The notes under the pieces: model-generated
Database searches by the model: none
What the model saw: only the letters and a program-made list of their open reading frames with translations
Told to the model about the DNA's origin: nothing
Position numbers and translations under genes: made by a program
Shown here: piece by piece, positions 19,214 to 29,862 of the stretch
Position numbering within the stretch: the first letter of the stretch is position 1
How the letters are laid out: every line of letters begins with the position of its first letter
Assembly (NCBI GenBank): GCA_029262475.1
Contig: JAJCZG010000025.1
Span: forward strand, 8,224 to 72,223
Length of the DNA stretch: 64,000 bases
Reading direction: 5' to 3'
DNA from: Deltaproteobacteria bacterium
GTDB lineage: Bacteria > Desulfobacterota > GWC2-55-46 > JAJCZF01

Positions 19214-20143
19214 ATGAGTGAAGCTAAGAAGACAGGCATACTGCTCCTCGCATTCGGCGGCGCCGATTCGCTCGAAAGCGTGGAGCCTTTTTTAAAGAAT
19301 ATACTGAAGGACAGGCCGGTTAGCCCGGAGCTACTAAAGACGACCAAGGAGCGCTATGCGCTTATAGGCGGCTCTTCGCCGCTCTTGAAGATCACCGAAG
19401 AGGTCGCCCAGGAACTTAACTTCTCCCTCCTCAACGCCACCGGCGAAGATTATCGGGTTTATGTCGGCATGAGGCACTGGGATCCATTTATTAAAGACAC
19501 CCTGAAGCAGATGCAGGACGACGGCATAGAGAAGGTCATAGCCATTGTGATGACCCCATACGCAACGAAGGCAAGTGCCGGGGGCTACTACGAGGATGTC
19601 GCAAGCGCGCTAAAAGAGCTTGGCTCCTCAATGGAGGTCGAGTACGTAAGGGACTGGCATACCCACCCGAGGTACATGGAAGCACTCTTGCAGATTATAA
19701 ACTCCGCTCAGATGCCTTACCAGCCTATCCTCGACAAGGGGAAGATAATGATGATCTTCTCGGCCCACAGCCTGCCGCTAAGTATCCTCGAAGGCGACCC
19801 TTATGTGGATATGATAAAGGAGACTATAGAGATCCTTACCGGCAAGCTCACCGTCTTCACTGACAGGCTCGGGTACCAGAGCAAGGGCGGCGGCCCTGTA
19901 GAGTGGATCGGTCCCTCCGTGGAGGAGCTTATAGACGAGGCCAAGCAAACTGGTATGGAAGGCATCCTGGTAGTGCCGATAGGTTTCGTAAGCGACCACG
20001 TCGAGACCCTCTATGATATAGATATTCTCTTTAAAGAACGCGCAGAGTCACAGGGCATGATCTTTTCCAGGGCTCAGTCGCATAACGCTTCGGATAAGTT
20101 CACGCTCCTCCTGACGGAGTTGGTGCAGGAGTATATAGACTAA
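19214..20143 (+). CDS. hemH: Ferrochelatase, short soluble form (Bacillus CpfC-like coproporphyrin ferrochelatase type)
   Basis: RY.LIGG.SPL, SAHSLP, GDPY and VPIGFVSDHVETLYDID motifs. Only 309 aa, with no C-terminal extension. Confidence 0.85.
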   Translation: MSEAKKTGILLLAFGGADSLESVEPFLKNILKDRPVSPELLKTTKERYALIGGSSPLLKITEEVAQELNFSLLNATGEDYRVYVGMRHWDPFIKDTLKQMQDDGIEKVIAIVMTPYATKASAGGYYEDVASALKELGSSMEVEYVRDWHTHPRYMEALLQIINSAQMPYQPILDKGKIMMIFSAHSLPLSILEGDPYVDMIKETIEILTGKLTVFTDRLGYQSKGGGPVEWIGPSVEELIDEAKQTGMEGILVVPIGFVSDHVETLYDIDILFKERAESQGMIFSRAQSHNASDKFTLLLTELVQEYID

Positions 20144-20146
20144 TTT

Positions 20147-21595
20147 ATGAAGAGAGTCGTAGTAATAGGCGGCGGTATAGGAGGCCTTTCCACCGCCCTG
20201 AGTATAGAAGAAGAGGCCGTTCAAAAGGGGCTGGGCCTTCAAGTCATCCTCCTTGAGCGAAAGGAACGCCTCGGTGGCAATATCAGGACCGAGAAGGCAG
20301 ACGGATTCCTTATTGAAGGCGGTCCGGATTGTTTTCTCTCCGAAAAGCCCTGGGCTATGGAGCTCTGCAAGAAGAACGGCCTCGGCGATAAACTCCTCAC
20401 TACAAACGACAAAGACAAAAAAACCTTCGTCCTCTCCGGCGGCAAGCTGCACGAACTCCCCGAAGGCGTCATCCTCATGGTTCCGACGAGGATAATACCT
20501 TTCATGATGAGCAGCCTCATAAGCTTACCAGGAAAGATCAGGATGGGGCTCGAGCTCTTCATCCCCAGGAAGAAGACCGGCGACGACGAATGTCTCGGCG
20601 ACTTCGTAAGGAGGAGGCTCGGCCAGGAGGCGCTCGATAAAATTGCGGAGCCGCTCGTCGCAGGCGTTCACGCCGGCGACCCGAGGACTATGAGCGTTAA
20701 GGCTAGCTTTCCGAAGTTCGTACAGATGGAGGCCGAGTACGGAAGTCTCATCAGGGGCATGATAGCCAGGATGGGGCAGATGCGTAAGATGATGGCCGAG
20801 AGAAAGGCCGCCGCAGTCTCCGGGGAAGGTAGCGCTTCCAAGCCAAAGGTCTCGATGTTCATGACCCTCACCGACGGTCTCGGAGAGCTCGTAGACTCAA
20901 TTGTGGAACGCCTTGAGATGACGACGATAAAGACCGGCGTAAACGCTTCCGCCGTAGTAAAGACTGCTTCCGGCTACGAGGTGAGGCTCGAAGGGGGAGA
21001 GACGATAGAGTGCGATTCGGTCGTGATAGCAGCCCCTGCGTACGCCGCTTCAGGCCTCCTTGCAGGTCTGGATAAAGATGCCTCCGAACTCCTCGACACC
21101 ATACCTTACGTCTCGACTGCGACAGTATCGCTTGGCTACAAGAAGAAGGATATAAAACACCCGTTAAACGGTTTCGGCTTCGTTGTGCCGAAGGCCGAGA
21201 ACCGCAGCATCATGGCCGCCTCCTGGGTCTCGGTTAAGTTCGCCGGGCGCGCACCGGATGATTCTGTTCTGATAAGGTGCTTCGTAGGCGGCTCTAAGAA
21301 GGAAGAGCTTGTATTTGCAAGCGACGAACAGATCGAAAAACTCGTCCGCGACGACCTTAACGACATAATGGGCATCGAGGGCGAGCCGGTCGTAAAACGC
21401 ATCTTCAGGTGGCACAAGGCGATGCCGCAGTATACGATAGGCCATATCGAGCGCGTTTCATCCATAGAAGAAAAGATCGCGAAATACCCCGGCCTCTATC
21501 TCGGGGGCAGCGCCTACCACGGCATCGGCATAAGCGACTGCATAAGGATCGGCGAAGAGACGGCCAAGAAGGCCGTTACCTTCATAAGGGGTTAG
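20147..21595 (+). CDS. hemY: HemY-type FAD-dependent protoporphyrinogen/coproporphyrinogen oxidase (PPOX/CgoX)
   Basis: N-terminal Rossmann motif VVVIGGGIGGLSTA and a 482-aa amine-oxidase fold. Sits 3 bp downstream of hemH. Confidence 0.85.
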   Translation: MKRVVVIGGGIGGLSTALSIEEEAVQKGLGLQVILLERKERLGGNIRTEKADGFLIEGGPDCFLSEKPWAMELCKKNGLGDKLLTTNDKDKKTFVLSGGKLHELPEGVILMVPTRIIPFMMSSLISLPGKIRMGLELFIPRKKTGDDECLGDFVRRRLGQEALDKIAEPLVAGVHAGDPRTMSVKASFPKFVQMEAEYGSLIRGMIARMGQMRKMMAERKAAAVSGEGSASKPKVSMFMTLTDGLGELVDSIVERLEMTTIKTGVNASAVVKTASGYEVRLEGGETIECDSVVIAAPAYAASGLLAGLDKDASELLDTIPYVSTATVSLGYKKKDIKHPLNGFGFVVPKAENRSIMAASWVSVKFAGRAPDDSVLIRCFVGGSKKEELVFASDEQIEKLVRDDLNDIMGIEGEPVVKRIFRWHKAMPQYTIGHIERVSSIEEKIAKYPGLYLGGSAYHGIGISDCIRIGEETAKKAVTFIRG

Positions 21596-21927
21596 CCCCG
21601 TTCAGCTCCGAGCTTTTCCCGTTACTCCATCCACATCTTCTTAAAACCTTTTCGAAGTTTCTCCAGTAATCTCCACTCATAAGTTATACCTGACTCTAAC
21701 CCGTAAGCACCAACTTGGCGCTCTTCGTCTAACTTTGTCAGCTTCACCATCTTTTGTCATGGAATACGCAAGCAGATGGACAATCTGTAATTGCCCTATC
21801 CTCACACCCTTTCCCATATCGCGTAACAGATCCAGGAGAGATAAAGAGCACCGTAAATAACCTTCAAAAGCCGCTACTTAGTCGCAGGTTAGTTCTTGTA
21901 TTTAGATTACTCAAGTCTTCTTTTTGC

Positions 21928-21954
21928 TAAAGTTATTACTTTTAAGGACCGATT
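21928..21954 (+). promoter_or_regulatory. Candidate sigma-28-like promoter upstream of cheA (TAAA-N16-aCCGATta)
   Basis: TAAAgttattacttttaaggaCCGATTA, about 230 bp upstream of the cheA start. A weaker match than the one at 14220. Confidence 0.2.
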
Positions 21955-22185
21955 AATAAGAGGTAAAGCGCGCTAAAGATTATGAAATAATGCGTTCTAG
22001 CCTATACGAGAAGAAAATAGCGATACCGGTTGTTGTTACCTTGTCTTGTAAACCCTCTCTACTAAGGGAGATAGGTATATGTATAAGTGTAAGATTTAAG
22101 AGATGGTCGGTCTGGATTATTTTGAATTACTGACTCTTGGAAGGACACAGATGACGCTTGCTATCGAAAACAAAAGGCTTCTAAA

Positions 22186-24837
22186 ATGACAGAATCATAT
22201 GACGATGGGGAAATAATCGACGTCTTTATTCAGGAGTCGCAGGAGCATCTGGAGTCCATTGAGCCTGCTCTTATTTCACTTGAGGAAGAAGGCTCTGATA
22301 CGGATAAGGAGACGATCAATCTAATCTTCAGGGCCATACACTCCATAAAGGGTTCGGCCGGATTCTTCGGCTTTAATAACATCAGCAGCCTCAGTCATAT
22401 CATGGAGAATATGATGGTAATGGTTCGTGACGGATCTCTCGTGCCGTCACAAGAGGTGGTGGAAGCACTCTTGAAGGGGCTTGATAAGATCAGCGTAATG
22501 ATCGCTGACGTATCAGATAGCGAAAATGTGGATGTCTCCAGGGAGACCATGGTGATAGAGGCAATCCTCTCCGAGGATGGGGGGGGGCGAGGTAATGCTG
22601 AGAGTGCTCCTAAGAAGACTATCTCCGGCGAAGAGGAGCCAGAGGGTTCCGCAGAGGGTGTAGCGTCCGTCAAGTGGGAGCTGAGCGAACTCAAGGAGAG
22701 ACTTGAGACGGCTAAGAAGCGCGGTCAGTTCACCTTCACGCTTAGGAGCGCAGCTGGAAACAATGAAGAACTCCTGGCATACAAGAAGAACCTCGAATCA
22801 ATCGGCACCATCTATACGACAAACCCTGAAATATTTTCAGACAATGGACTTATCCCTGATGCTATCGAAGAGGGCTCGGATTTCTACGTCCTCTTCAGCA
22901 CCATACTCGAATCGGATATGCTCGCCGATTATCTGGGTATTAAAGAAGGCGATATGAAAGAGTTTGACCTTACCCGCGATGCGGACCCGGAGACAAAGAC
23001 TCCTCTCCCGGTTACGGAAGAGAATCTTAAGGATAAGGTCAAAAAGCCAGCCGCAACAGGAGATAAGGTGAGAGGGAGCTCTGATACTATACGCATACGT
23101 GTAGAGCTTTTAGATCAGGTAATGGCGCTCGCCGGTGAGATAGTGCTCGGTAGAAACCGCCTGCTTATGCAGTTTGCAAACGTCAGCGACACAACTGTCA
23201 TATCAACTCATTCGCAGAGGGTGACGGAGCTTCAGGAGATAATAATGAAGATGAGGCTCCAGCCTGTCGGAACCGTATTTGCAAAGTTCAGGCGAATTGT
23301 GCGGGACATGGCTGTAAAGGTAGGAAAAGATATAAATCTAGTCCTGAAGGGCGAGGATGTAGAGCTTGACCGTTCTATCATAGACGGATTGACCGATCCG
23401 CTTACTCATATAATTAGGAATTCAGCCGACCACGGCCTTGAGACCCCGGAGGAGAGGCTCTTTAACGGAAAGCCAAAGGCCGGGACCATAACTTTGAGCG
23501 CGAGCCATGAGGGCGGTCACGTCATTATTACTGCGAAGGACGACGGGCGCGGAATAGACGCAGAGAAGATAAAGAAAAGCGCGATAAAGAAGGAGCTTAT
23601 TACGAGCGAAGAGGCGGCGGCCATGAGCGAGCGAGAGGCAGTTAAGCTTGTCTTCCACGCCGGATTTTCAACCACAACCGAGGTCTCTGATATTTCCGGG
23701 CGCGGGGTCGGGATGGATGTCGTGAGGAGTACATTCGATAAGCTAGGGGGAACGGTTGAGCTTGAGACTGCCGTAGGCAAGGGAAGCGCAATTATAGTAC
23801 GACTTCCGCTTACCCTTACTATTATGCATTCGCTGATAGTCGGGTGCGAGGGCTTCCGCTTTGCCATACCGCAGGTTGACTTGGTCGAGGTGGTTCGCTT
23901 AAAGAGGGGGGATCGGCATAGGACGGAGTTTGTTCAGGGGAGAGAGGTATTGAGGCTCCGGGGAGAACTGCTTCCGGTAGTCTGTCTTGCGGAGATCCTG
24001 GGAATGAAAAAACATTATATAGACGACGACAAGGAAGAAGAGTCGGAGGATAGGCGTCAAAGGCTATCTGATAGAAGGGCGCCTGAGCAGTCGGCTGAGG
24101 AGGCGGATTATCAGAAGAGCAGGAACGAGACCGACTGCAGAAGAAAGAAGGATGACATAAAGCGCCTTGTCGTCCTGAGGCACAACGGAAACCTCTTCGG
24201 AGTTATGGTGGACGCAATTTACGACCCCGAAGAGATAGTTTTAAAGCCGCTCGCAGGGCTAGTTAAGAACTGCGAGACCTTCTCCGGCTCTACGATTATG
24301 GGTGACGGGAGCGTGGCCATGGTCATTAACACATCAGGTATCGTAGCCAAATCCGGTTTTAGCCTTGATGAGATGGATACTGCGGGAAAGAAGCTTGAGG
24401 CTGAAGCAGTGTCCATGGGCGAGAAAGAAAACGAAACCCTCCTTGTCTTCAAGAACTCGGATAAAGAAACCTTCTGCCTGCCATTTTCGGGGATTTCAAG
24501 GGTAGAGAGGGTTAACTCAAATTTCATAGAGACCGTCGGGTCCAAGGAGTTTGTGCGGATACGGGAGGAACCCGTTTCGCTCCTAAGGCTTGAGAATTAT
24601 TTCGATGTCGGCCCGTCTGACACTAATGGAAAGACCATATACGTCATTTTTCCTAAAGGCCTTAAAGAGCCGACCGGTATCGTCTCCTCTCAGATAGTGG
24701 ATGTAATAGACAGAGCGGATAAGAGGGTAGGGCGTAGTAACGAGAACGGCGGTGAAGAGACGATCTTAATAGACGAGCACATGGTATACAAGCTTGATTT
24801 GCCGGATTTACTGAGGGCGGCTGGTGTCGTGCACTAG
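22186..24837 (+). CDS. cheA: Chemotaxis histidine kinase CheA with additional C-terminal CheW-like domain(s)
   Basis: P1/Hpt domain (FRAIHSIKGSAG), dimerisation domain, HATPase (DDGRGID...GRGVGMDVV), and a P5 CheW-like domain. These are followed by a highly charged insert and further CheW-like repeats. Confidence 0.9.
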   Translation: MTESYDDGEIIDVFIQESQEHLESIEPALISLEEEGSDTDKETINLIFRAIHSIKGSAGFFGFNNISSLSHIMENMMVMVRDGSLVPSQEVVEALLKGLDKISVMIADVSDSENVDVSRETMVIEAILSEDGGGRGNAESAPKKTISGEEEPEGSAEGVASVKWELSELKERLETAKKRGQFTFTLRSAAGNNEELLAYKKNLESIGTIYTTNPEIFSDNGLIPDAIEEGSDFYVLFSTILESDMLADYLGIKEGDMKEFDLTRDADPETKTPLPVTEENLKDKVKKPAATGDKVRGSSDTIRIRVELLDQVMALAGEIVLGRNRLLMQFANVSDTTVISTHSQRVTELQEIIMKMRLQPVGTVFAKFRRIVRDMAVKVGKDINLVLKGEDVELDRSIIDGLTDPLTHIIRNSADHGLETPEERLFNGKPKAGTITLSASHEGGHVIITAKDDGRGIDAEKIKKSAIKKELITSEEAAAMSEREAVKLVFHAGFSTTTEVSDISGRGVGMDVVRSTFDKLGGTVELETAVGKGSAIIVRLPLTLTIMHSLIVGCEGFRFAIPQVDLVEVVRLKRGDRHRTEFVQGREVLRLRGELLPVVCLAEILGMKKHYIDDDKEEESEDRRQRLSDRRAPEQSAEEADYQKSRNETDCRRKKDDIKRLVVLRHNGNLFGVMVDAIYDPEEIVLKPLAGLVKNCETFSGSTIMGDGSVAMVINTSGIVAKSGFSLDEMDTAGKKLEAEAVSMGEKENETLLVFKNSDKETFCLPFSGISRVERVNSNFIETVGSKEFVRIREEPVSLLRLENYFDVGPSDTNGKTIYVIFPKGLKEPTGIVSSQIVDVIDRADKRVGRSNENGGEETILIDEHMVYKLDLPDLLRAAGVVH

Positions 24838-24997
24838 ATAATTTTCAAAAGTAGGCGGAGTTAGCGGCCATACCGTCATTATAATAAAAGATGGAATTAA
24901 GAAGTCAGGTGAAAGAACTATATAAGGCAAAAGGCTATGTCCTCAGCATTTATAGATAAAGGATATTTAATAATAGAACAAAGTGAGGGGTCCGAAA

Positions 24998-27259
24998 ATG
25001 TTTAAGACAATAAAAGCTAAAATAATACTTCTTGTGGGTCTTTTCATCATCATGAGCCTTGCAATGTCGATCTGTGCTTCCGTTACTATCTCGGGACAAA
25101 AAGACGATTCGAGGATAGTCAATCTGGCGGGAAGGCAGAGGATGCTTACGCAGAAGATAATGAAGGAAGTATCCCTTATCGTCAACTATTCAGGCGAGGA
25201 TAAGACGGAACTTGATGGCAAAAAAGATACGCTCATCTCTACAGTGGCCCTCTTCGATAAATCCCTTCACGGTCTTATCGATGGCAATGCCGAGATGGGT
25301 CTGCCGCCAGCCGAGGATCACGCGTTCAGGTCTCAGCTCATTAAGGTAGAGGCGCTTTGGGCGAAGTTCGAGGAGATCATTCCAAGGGGGCTAGAGAACG
25401 GCTTCACTGAGGCGGATATCAAATTCATGAACGATAATAATATGCCTCTCCTAAAGGAGATGAACAATGCCGTTGATATCTACGAGGGCGTATCAAAGGC
25501 TAAGGTGCTGGTGCTTAACCGGAGCACCAGGATATTCTTCGCCATATCGTTGCTCGTCGGCATTGTAGCCTTCTTCTATTTCAAGTCCAGGGTGTTAAGG
25601 CCCCTCCATGAGATGGTTAATATGGTGAGGGATATAGCCGAGGGCGAGGGCGATCTCACTAAACGCCTCGACGACTCCGGCAAGGATGAGATTGCGGAGC
25701 TTGCCAGTTGGTTTAATATCTTTACCGATAAGCTCCAGTCCATGATAGGGAAGATGGCTCAAAACGCCAAGGGGCTCGCCTCCTCTTCGCAGCAACTCTC
25801 CGAGGTTGCTGAAGGCATGGAAGGGAACATTTTAACAATGAGCACCGAGAGCTCCGCCGTCCTCAAGGCCTCCGAAGCCATGACGAAGAACTTATCTGAC
25901 ATAGCACTGACGGCCGAAGATACAAGCGGAAATGTAACATCGGTCTCAGCGGCGGTCGAGGAGATGAGTCAGAATATGGTTCACATTGCTCAGAATACCA
26001 ATAATGTATCGGCAAACGGGACGTCGGTGGCTGCGGCTATCGAGGAGATGAGCTCTACTCTTAACGAGATCAGCAAGAATACCGGGAAGGGCGCGAGGAT
26101 AAGCTCCGACGCAGACGAGAAATCCAGGGAGATAAAGACTCTGATGGAGAGCCTCGGTGAAAGCACGCGTACCGTAAGCGAGGTGGTCGAGGTCATAAAC
26201 GACATTGCGGACAGGACCAATATACTTGCCCTCAACGCCACAATAGAGGCTGCAAGCGCAGGTGAAGCCGGAAAGGGCTTCGCCGTCGTAGCCAATGAGG
26301 TAAAGGAACTCTCCAAGCAGACCGCCAAGGCTACCGGAGAGGTCATAAGGCAGATAGATGAGATGCAGGCTAATACGGGGGCGGTTGTCAAGGCAGTGGA
26401 CGAAATCACATCCGTTATTAAGGAGATAAACGAGATAAATATCACGATAGCGGCGGCCGTTGAAGAGCAGGATGCGACTACGACGGAAGTTTCCAAGGCT
26501 ACGAGCGAGACCGTTCAGTCCATGGCCGAAGCCTCCAGAAATGTCGAGGAAGCCGCCACGGGGGCCGAGGAGGTAGCGCGTAATACCTCCGAACTATCGC
26601 TTGGCGTAGAGGGAATATCAAGTAAGATTTCCGAGACGGCCTCGGTTGCCTCCGACGTCTCAAAACGCATCCTCGTCGTAAATAACGGCGTGGAAGAGAC
26701 ATTTGTTTCTGCCAAGAATGTAAAGAGTAACGCCGACAAGCTTCAGAGTGTGGCGGAGAAGCTCTACCAGATAGTAGGGAAGTTCAATGTAGACCCTTCA
26801 GCCCTGGAGAGCGAGGTCTTTGAGATAGGGGCTGAAACCTCTTCGGCCTCGGAGCCGCTCATTAAATGGAACGACAGCCTGAGCGTGAATATAAAGTCCA
26901 TGGACGCTCAGCATAAGAGGCTCGTAGCTCTCATAAATAATCTCTATGAAGCGATGAACTTCGGTAAGGGTAAAGAGGTTATGGGTTCTATATTGAGCGA
27001 ACTCGTCGGCTACACGGAGAGTCACTTCAGGGACGAGGAAAAACTACTAGGCGAATACGATTATTCGGGACTTGACGGACAGCATAAAGAGCATGAGGCT
27101 CTCGTTGAACAGGTTAAAGAGCTTGAGGATTCGTTCATCTCCGGTAAGGGCACCTTGACTATGGACGTGATGGTATTTCTAAAGGAATGGCTCTCGAAGC
27201 ATATTATGGGAGACGACAAGCAGTACGGTGTATACCTTAACTCCAGGGGTGTAAGCTAG
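24998..27259 (+). CDS. Methyl-accepting chemotaxis protein with a periplasmic PilJ/NarX-type sensor, HAMP, MA domain, and a C-terminal hemerythrin domain (DcrH-like)
   Basis: N-terminal [12 protein letters not shown] (PilJ/NIT-like hallmark) sits between two TM helices. MA-domain core [32 protein letters not shown]-terminal H...HFRDEE..L...H..EH hemerythrin metal-binding pattern. Confidence 0.85.
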   Translation: MFKTIKAKIILLVGLFIIMSLAMSICASVTISGQKDDSRIVNLAGRQRMLTQKIMKEVSLIVNYSGEDKTELDGKKDTLISTVALFDKSLHGLIDGNAEMGLPPAEDHAFRSQLIKVEALWAKFEEIIPRGLENGFTEADIKFMNDNNMPLLKEMNNAVDIYEGVSKAKVLVLNRSTRIFFAISLLVGIVAFFYFKSRVLRPLHEMVNMVRDIAEGEGDLTKRLDDSGKDEIAELASWFNIFTDKLQSMIGKMAQNAKGLASSSQQLSEVAEGMEGNILTMSTESSAVLKASEAMTKNLSDIALTAEDTSGNVTSVSAAVEEMSQNMVHIAQNTNNVSANGTSVAAAIEEMSSTLNEISKNTGKGARISSDADEKSREIKTLMESLGESTRTVSEVVEVINDIADRTNILALNATIEAASAGEAGKGFAVVANEVKELSKQTAKATGEVIRQIDEMQANTGAVVKAVDEITSVIKEINEINITIAAAVEEQDATTTEVSKATSETVQSMAEASRNVEEAATGAEEVARNTSELSLGVEGISSKISETASVASDVSKRILVVNNGVEETFVSAKNVKSNADKLQSVAEKLYQIVGKFNVDPSALESEVFEIGAETSSASEPLIKWNDSLSVNIKSMDAQHKRLVALINNLYEAMNFGKGKEVMGSILSELVGYTESHFRDEEKLLGEYDYSGLDGQHKEHEALVEQVKELEDSFISGKGTLTMDVMVFLKEWLSKHIMGDDKQYGVYLNSRGVS

Positions 27260-27269
27260 GGAGGTCTCA

Positions 27270-27761
27270 ATGCAGTACGTTACATTCTATGTCTCGGATA
27301 TAAGATACGGCCTGCCGATATATGTCCTGCGCGAGATCAGCAGACCTAATGGGATAACGCCCGTTCAAGGAGCCAATGCTAATATCGAGGGGCTGATGAA
27401 CCTTCGCGGGCAAGTGATACCGGTTCTTAACCTTGGCAGTTGTATGGACGCCGGTGCCATAGAGGCCTCCGAGTCTTCGAGGCTCGTGATAATAAAGAAC
27501 GAGTCGGAGTTATCCAGGGATGCTGTGGCGATGGGTATAAAGACCGCATCCGAAAACCTGGCGCTCCTCGTTGAATCCATAGGCGATGTGGTGGAGAGGA
27601 GTGATAACGATATCGAGGCACTCCCGCCTCATGTAAAGAACGGTTTCCTCTCCGGTGTAATTAAGTTAGATGAAGAGATCCTATCTCTACTTTCTTCAGA
27701 GAGGCTTATGAGTCTTAATTGTAATGAAATTGAGATGGAGAGAGATGAAAGGATTAATTAG
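27270..27761 (+). CDS. cheW: Chemotaxis coupling protein CheW
   Basis: A single 163-aa CheW domain (GLMNLRGQVIPVLNLG). Confidence 0.85.
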   Translation: MQYVTFYVSDIRYGLPIYVLREISRPNGITPVQGANANIEGLMNLRGQVIPVLNLGSCMDAGAIEASESSRLVIIKNESELSRDAVAMGIKTASENLALLVESIGDVVERSDNDIEALPPHVKNGFLSGVIKLDEEILSLLSSERLMSLNCNEIEMERDERIN

Positions 27762-28887
27762 AGCACTTATAGTTGATGACTCAGCCATATATAGGCAAAT
27801 ACTCACAAACATCCTGAAAGATTTTCAAGACGTCGAGATAGTCGGCACGGCGGAGAACGGCATAGCGGCACTTAAGAAGGTGGAGAGCCTCAGCCCTGAC
27901 CTGGTTACGCTGGATATGGAGATGCCTGAGATGAACGGCCTTGAAACGCTCAGGAAGATATCAAGTGATTTTCCGAGGGTCTCTACCGTAATGGTCTCGG
28001 GAAGCGACAAGCACTCAGCCGATCAAACGGTCGAGGCTCTCGGGCTTGGCGCCATTGATTTTATCGTGAAGCCGAGGCGTTCGGATTTTGATGCTTCGAG
28101 GACTGAACTTAAAGATAGCCTTACAGAGATAGCCGCTGTAGTTAGAAGGAAGAGTGGGGCGGGGTTATTAAATACCGGTGCAGGAGTAAAAGCTCATAAT
28201 ATACCGTCTCTGCAGGCTAAACCATCTGCGCTCCGGCCAACCGTCCCTTCGGAGGCGGGTGAAGTAAAGCCGGTCCCTCTTCCAAAGTTCATTGAAGTCC
28301 TGCTTGTAGGTTCTTCTACCGGGGGCCCAAAGGCTCTTGAGAAGTTTATACCCAGACTCCCGGCAAATATTAATATACCTGTTCTTATAGTGCAGCATAT
28401 GCCGCCAGTCTTCACTAAATCTCTCGCGCAAAAATTAAATGAGATATCGAAACTCGACGTCAAGGAAGCCGTGGACGGAGAGAGGGTCACTGCGGGTAAA
28501 GTGTATATTGCCCCTGGCGGGTTTCACATGGTAGTGAGAAAGCGTGAGGACGGCTGTGTTGTCATAGGTATAAACGACGACCCGGCCATGAATTCCTGTA
28601 AGCCTTCGGTAGATAAGCTCTTCACTTCCGCATCCGAAACATTTAAGGCGAAGAGGACGCTCAGCGTCATCATGACCGGCATGGGTTCAGACGGCGTAGG
28701 CGGGGTCATGGCTCTAAGGAAACACGGCGGAGGATACTGCATTAGCCAGTCCGAAGAGAGCTGTGTTGTCTACGGAATGCCGCGTTCAATTGTCGAGGCT
28801 GGCCTCAGCAGCAGTGCTATGGAGCTTGAAGATATAGCCGACAGGGTGACGGAGATTTGTCTTCGTAAAACAGCTGGCGATCTATAG
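27745..28887 (+). CDS. cheB: Protein-glutamate methylesterase CheB (REC plus methylesterase)
   Basis: REC domain (IVDDS...D at LVTLDMEMP) and esterase domain (GSSTGGP, catalytic-triad context). Start chosen at MKGLIRAL. Confidence 0.9.
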   Translation: MKGLIRALIVDDSAIYRQILTNILKDFQDVEIVGTAENGIAALKKVESLSPDLVTLDMEMPEMNGLETLRKISSDFPRVSTVMVSGSDKHSADQTVEALGLGAIDFIVKPRRSDFDASRTELKDSLTEIAAVVRRKSGAGLLNTGAGVKAHNIPSLQAKPSALRPTVPSEAGEVKPVPLPKFIEVLLVGSSTGGPKALEKFIPRLPANINIPVLIVQHMPPVFTKSLAQKLNEISKLDVKEAVDGERVTAGKVYIAPGGFHMVVRKREDGCVVIGINDDPAMNSCKPSVDKLFTSASETFKAKRTLSVIMTGMGSDGVGGVMALRKHGGGYCISQSEESCVVYGMPRSIVEAGLSSSAMELEDIADRVTEICLRKTAGDL

Positions 28888-28928
28888 ACAGAATATTTGA
28901 ATTTAATAGATAGTTCCAGGGGTTATCG

Positions 28929-29789
28929 ATGGCGATAAGTAAAGAAGAATTCGATCTTTTTAGAAAATTCATAAAAGAAAAGTGCGGTATCACACTTGTT
29001 GAGGGTAAGGAGTATCTTGTAGAGAACCGCCTGACAGTGCTCATGATACAGAGTGGCGCGGAGACCTTCACGGAGCTATACAAGTTGGTGATTAGCGACA
29101 ATACACTCGCCGCCAAGGTCATCGAAGCGATAGTCACAAACGAAACCCTCTGGTTTAGAGACAATAGTTTCTTCGAGTTATTGAATGGAAAAGTTGTCCC
29201 GTGGCTCGTCGATAAGGCGAAAAGATCGAAGGTGCGTATCTGGTCTGTAGCTTCTTCGACCGGTCAGGAGGCATATTCAGTAGGTATCCTCGTAAATGAA
29301 GCGTGCATAGCCGTCGGCAACCCGGCCTTGAAAAATAAATTCGAGGTAATCGGAACCGACATCTCTCCGTCTGCGATCTTTATGGCAATATCAGGAAGGT
29401 ATAGCCAGCTCGCCATGTCGAGGGGAATGCGCAAGGAGTACCTTGAGAAGTATTTTAAGAAAGACGGCGCTGCATACGAGCTCGATGAATCCATCCGTTC
29501 GATGGTACAGTTTAAGAAGATGAACCTTCTTGATAACTTGATCGGGCTCGGGAGCTTTGACTTCGTAATGTGCAGAAACGTCCTGATATATTTCTCGGAT
29601 GAAATAAAAAGAGATATCTACTCAAAGCTCCATAAGAATATGAATAACAGCGCAGTGCTGGTAATCGGCGCTACCGAGTCGTCGGCGGCATATACCGACG
29701 ACTTCACTCAGCGCTCCATCGGAGGTTCAGTGCTCTATACGCCTAAAGGCAGTACGCAAAGCGTCGGGTTAGAGACGAGCATTGGGTGA
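28929..29789 (+). CDS. cheR: Chemotaxis protein methyltransferase CheR
   Basis: N-terminal CheR helical domain followed by a SAM-MTase fold (IWSVASSTGQEAYS...CRNVLIYF). Confidence 0.9.
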   Translation: MAISKEEFDLFRKFIKEKCGITLVEGKEYLVENRLTVLMIQSGAETFTELYKLVISDNTLAAKVIEAIVTNETLWFRDNSFFELLNGKVVPWLVDKAKRSKVRIWSVASSTGQEAYSVGILVNEACIAVGNPALKNKFEVIGTDISPSAIFMAISGRYSQLAMSRGMRKEYLEKYFKKDGAAYELDESIRSMVQFKKMNLLDNLIGLGSFDFVMCRNVLIYFSDEIKRDIYSKLHKNMNNSAVLVIGATESSAAYTDDFTQRSIGGSVLYTPKGSTQSVGLETSIG

Positions 29790-29862
29790 ATATATTAGAA
29801 GAAGATAAGCAAAAAGAATTTAGAAGATTGATCTTGGCAGATGCTTGGATAGGAGGTAGGTA

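Noticed and set aside
21600-22185. Possible sigma-54 promoter (TGG...TTGC) upstream of cheA
   Set aside because: The GG-to-GC spacing in TGGAAGGACACAGATGACGCTTGC is 19 nt, not 10, so it is not a sigma-54 element.
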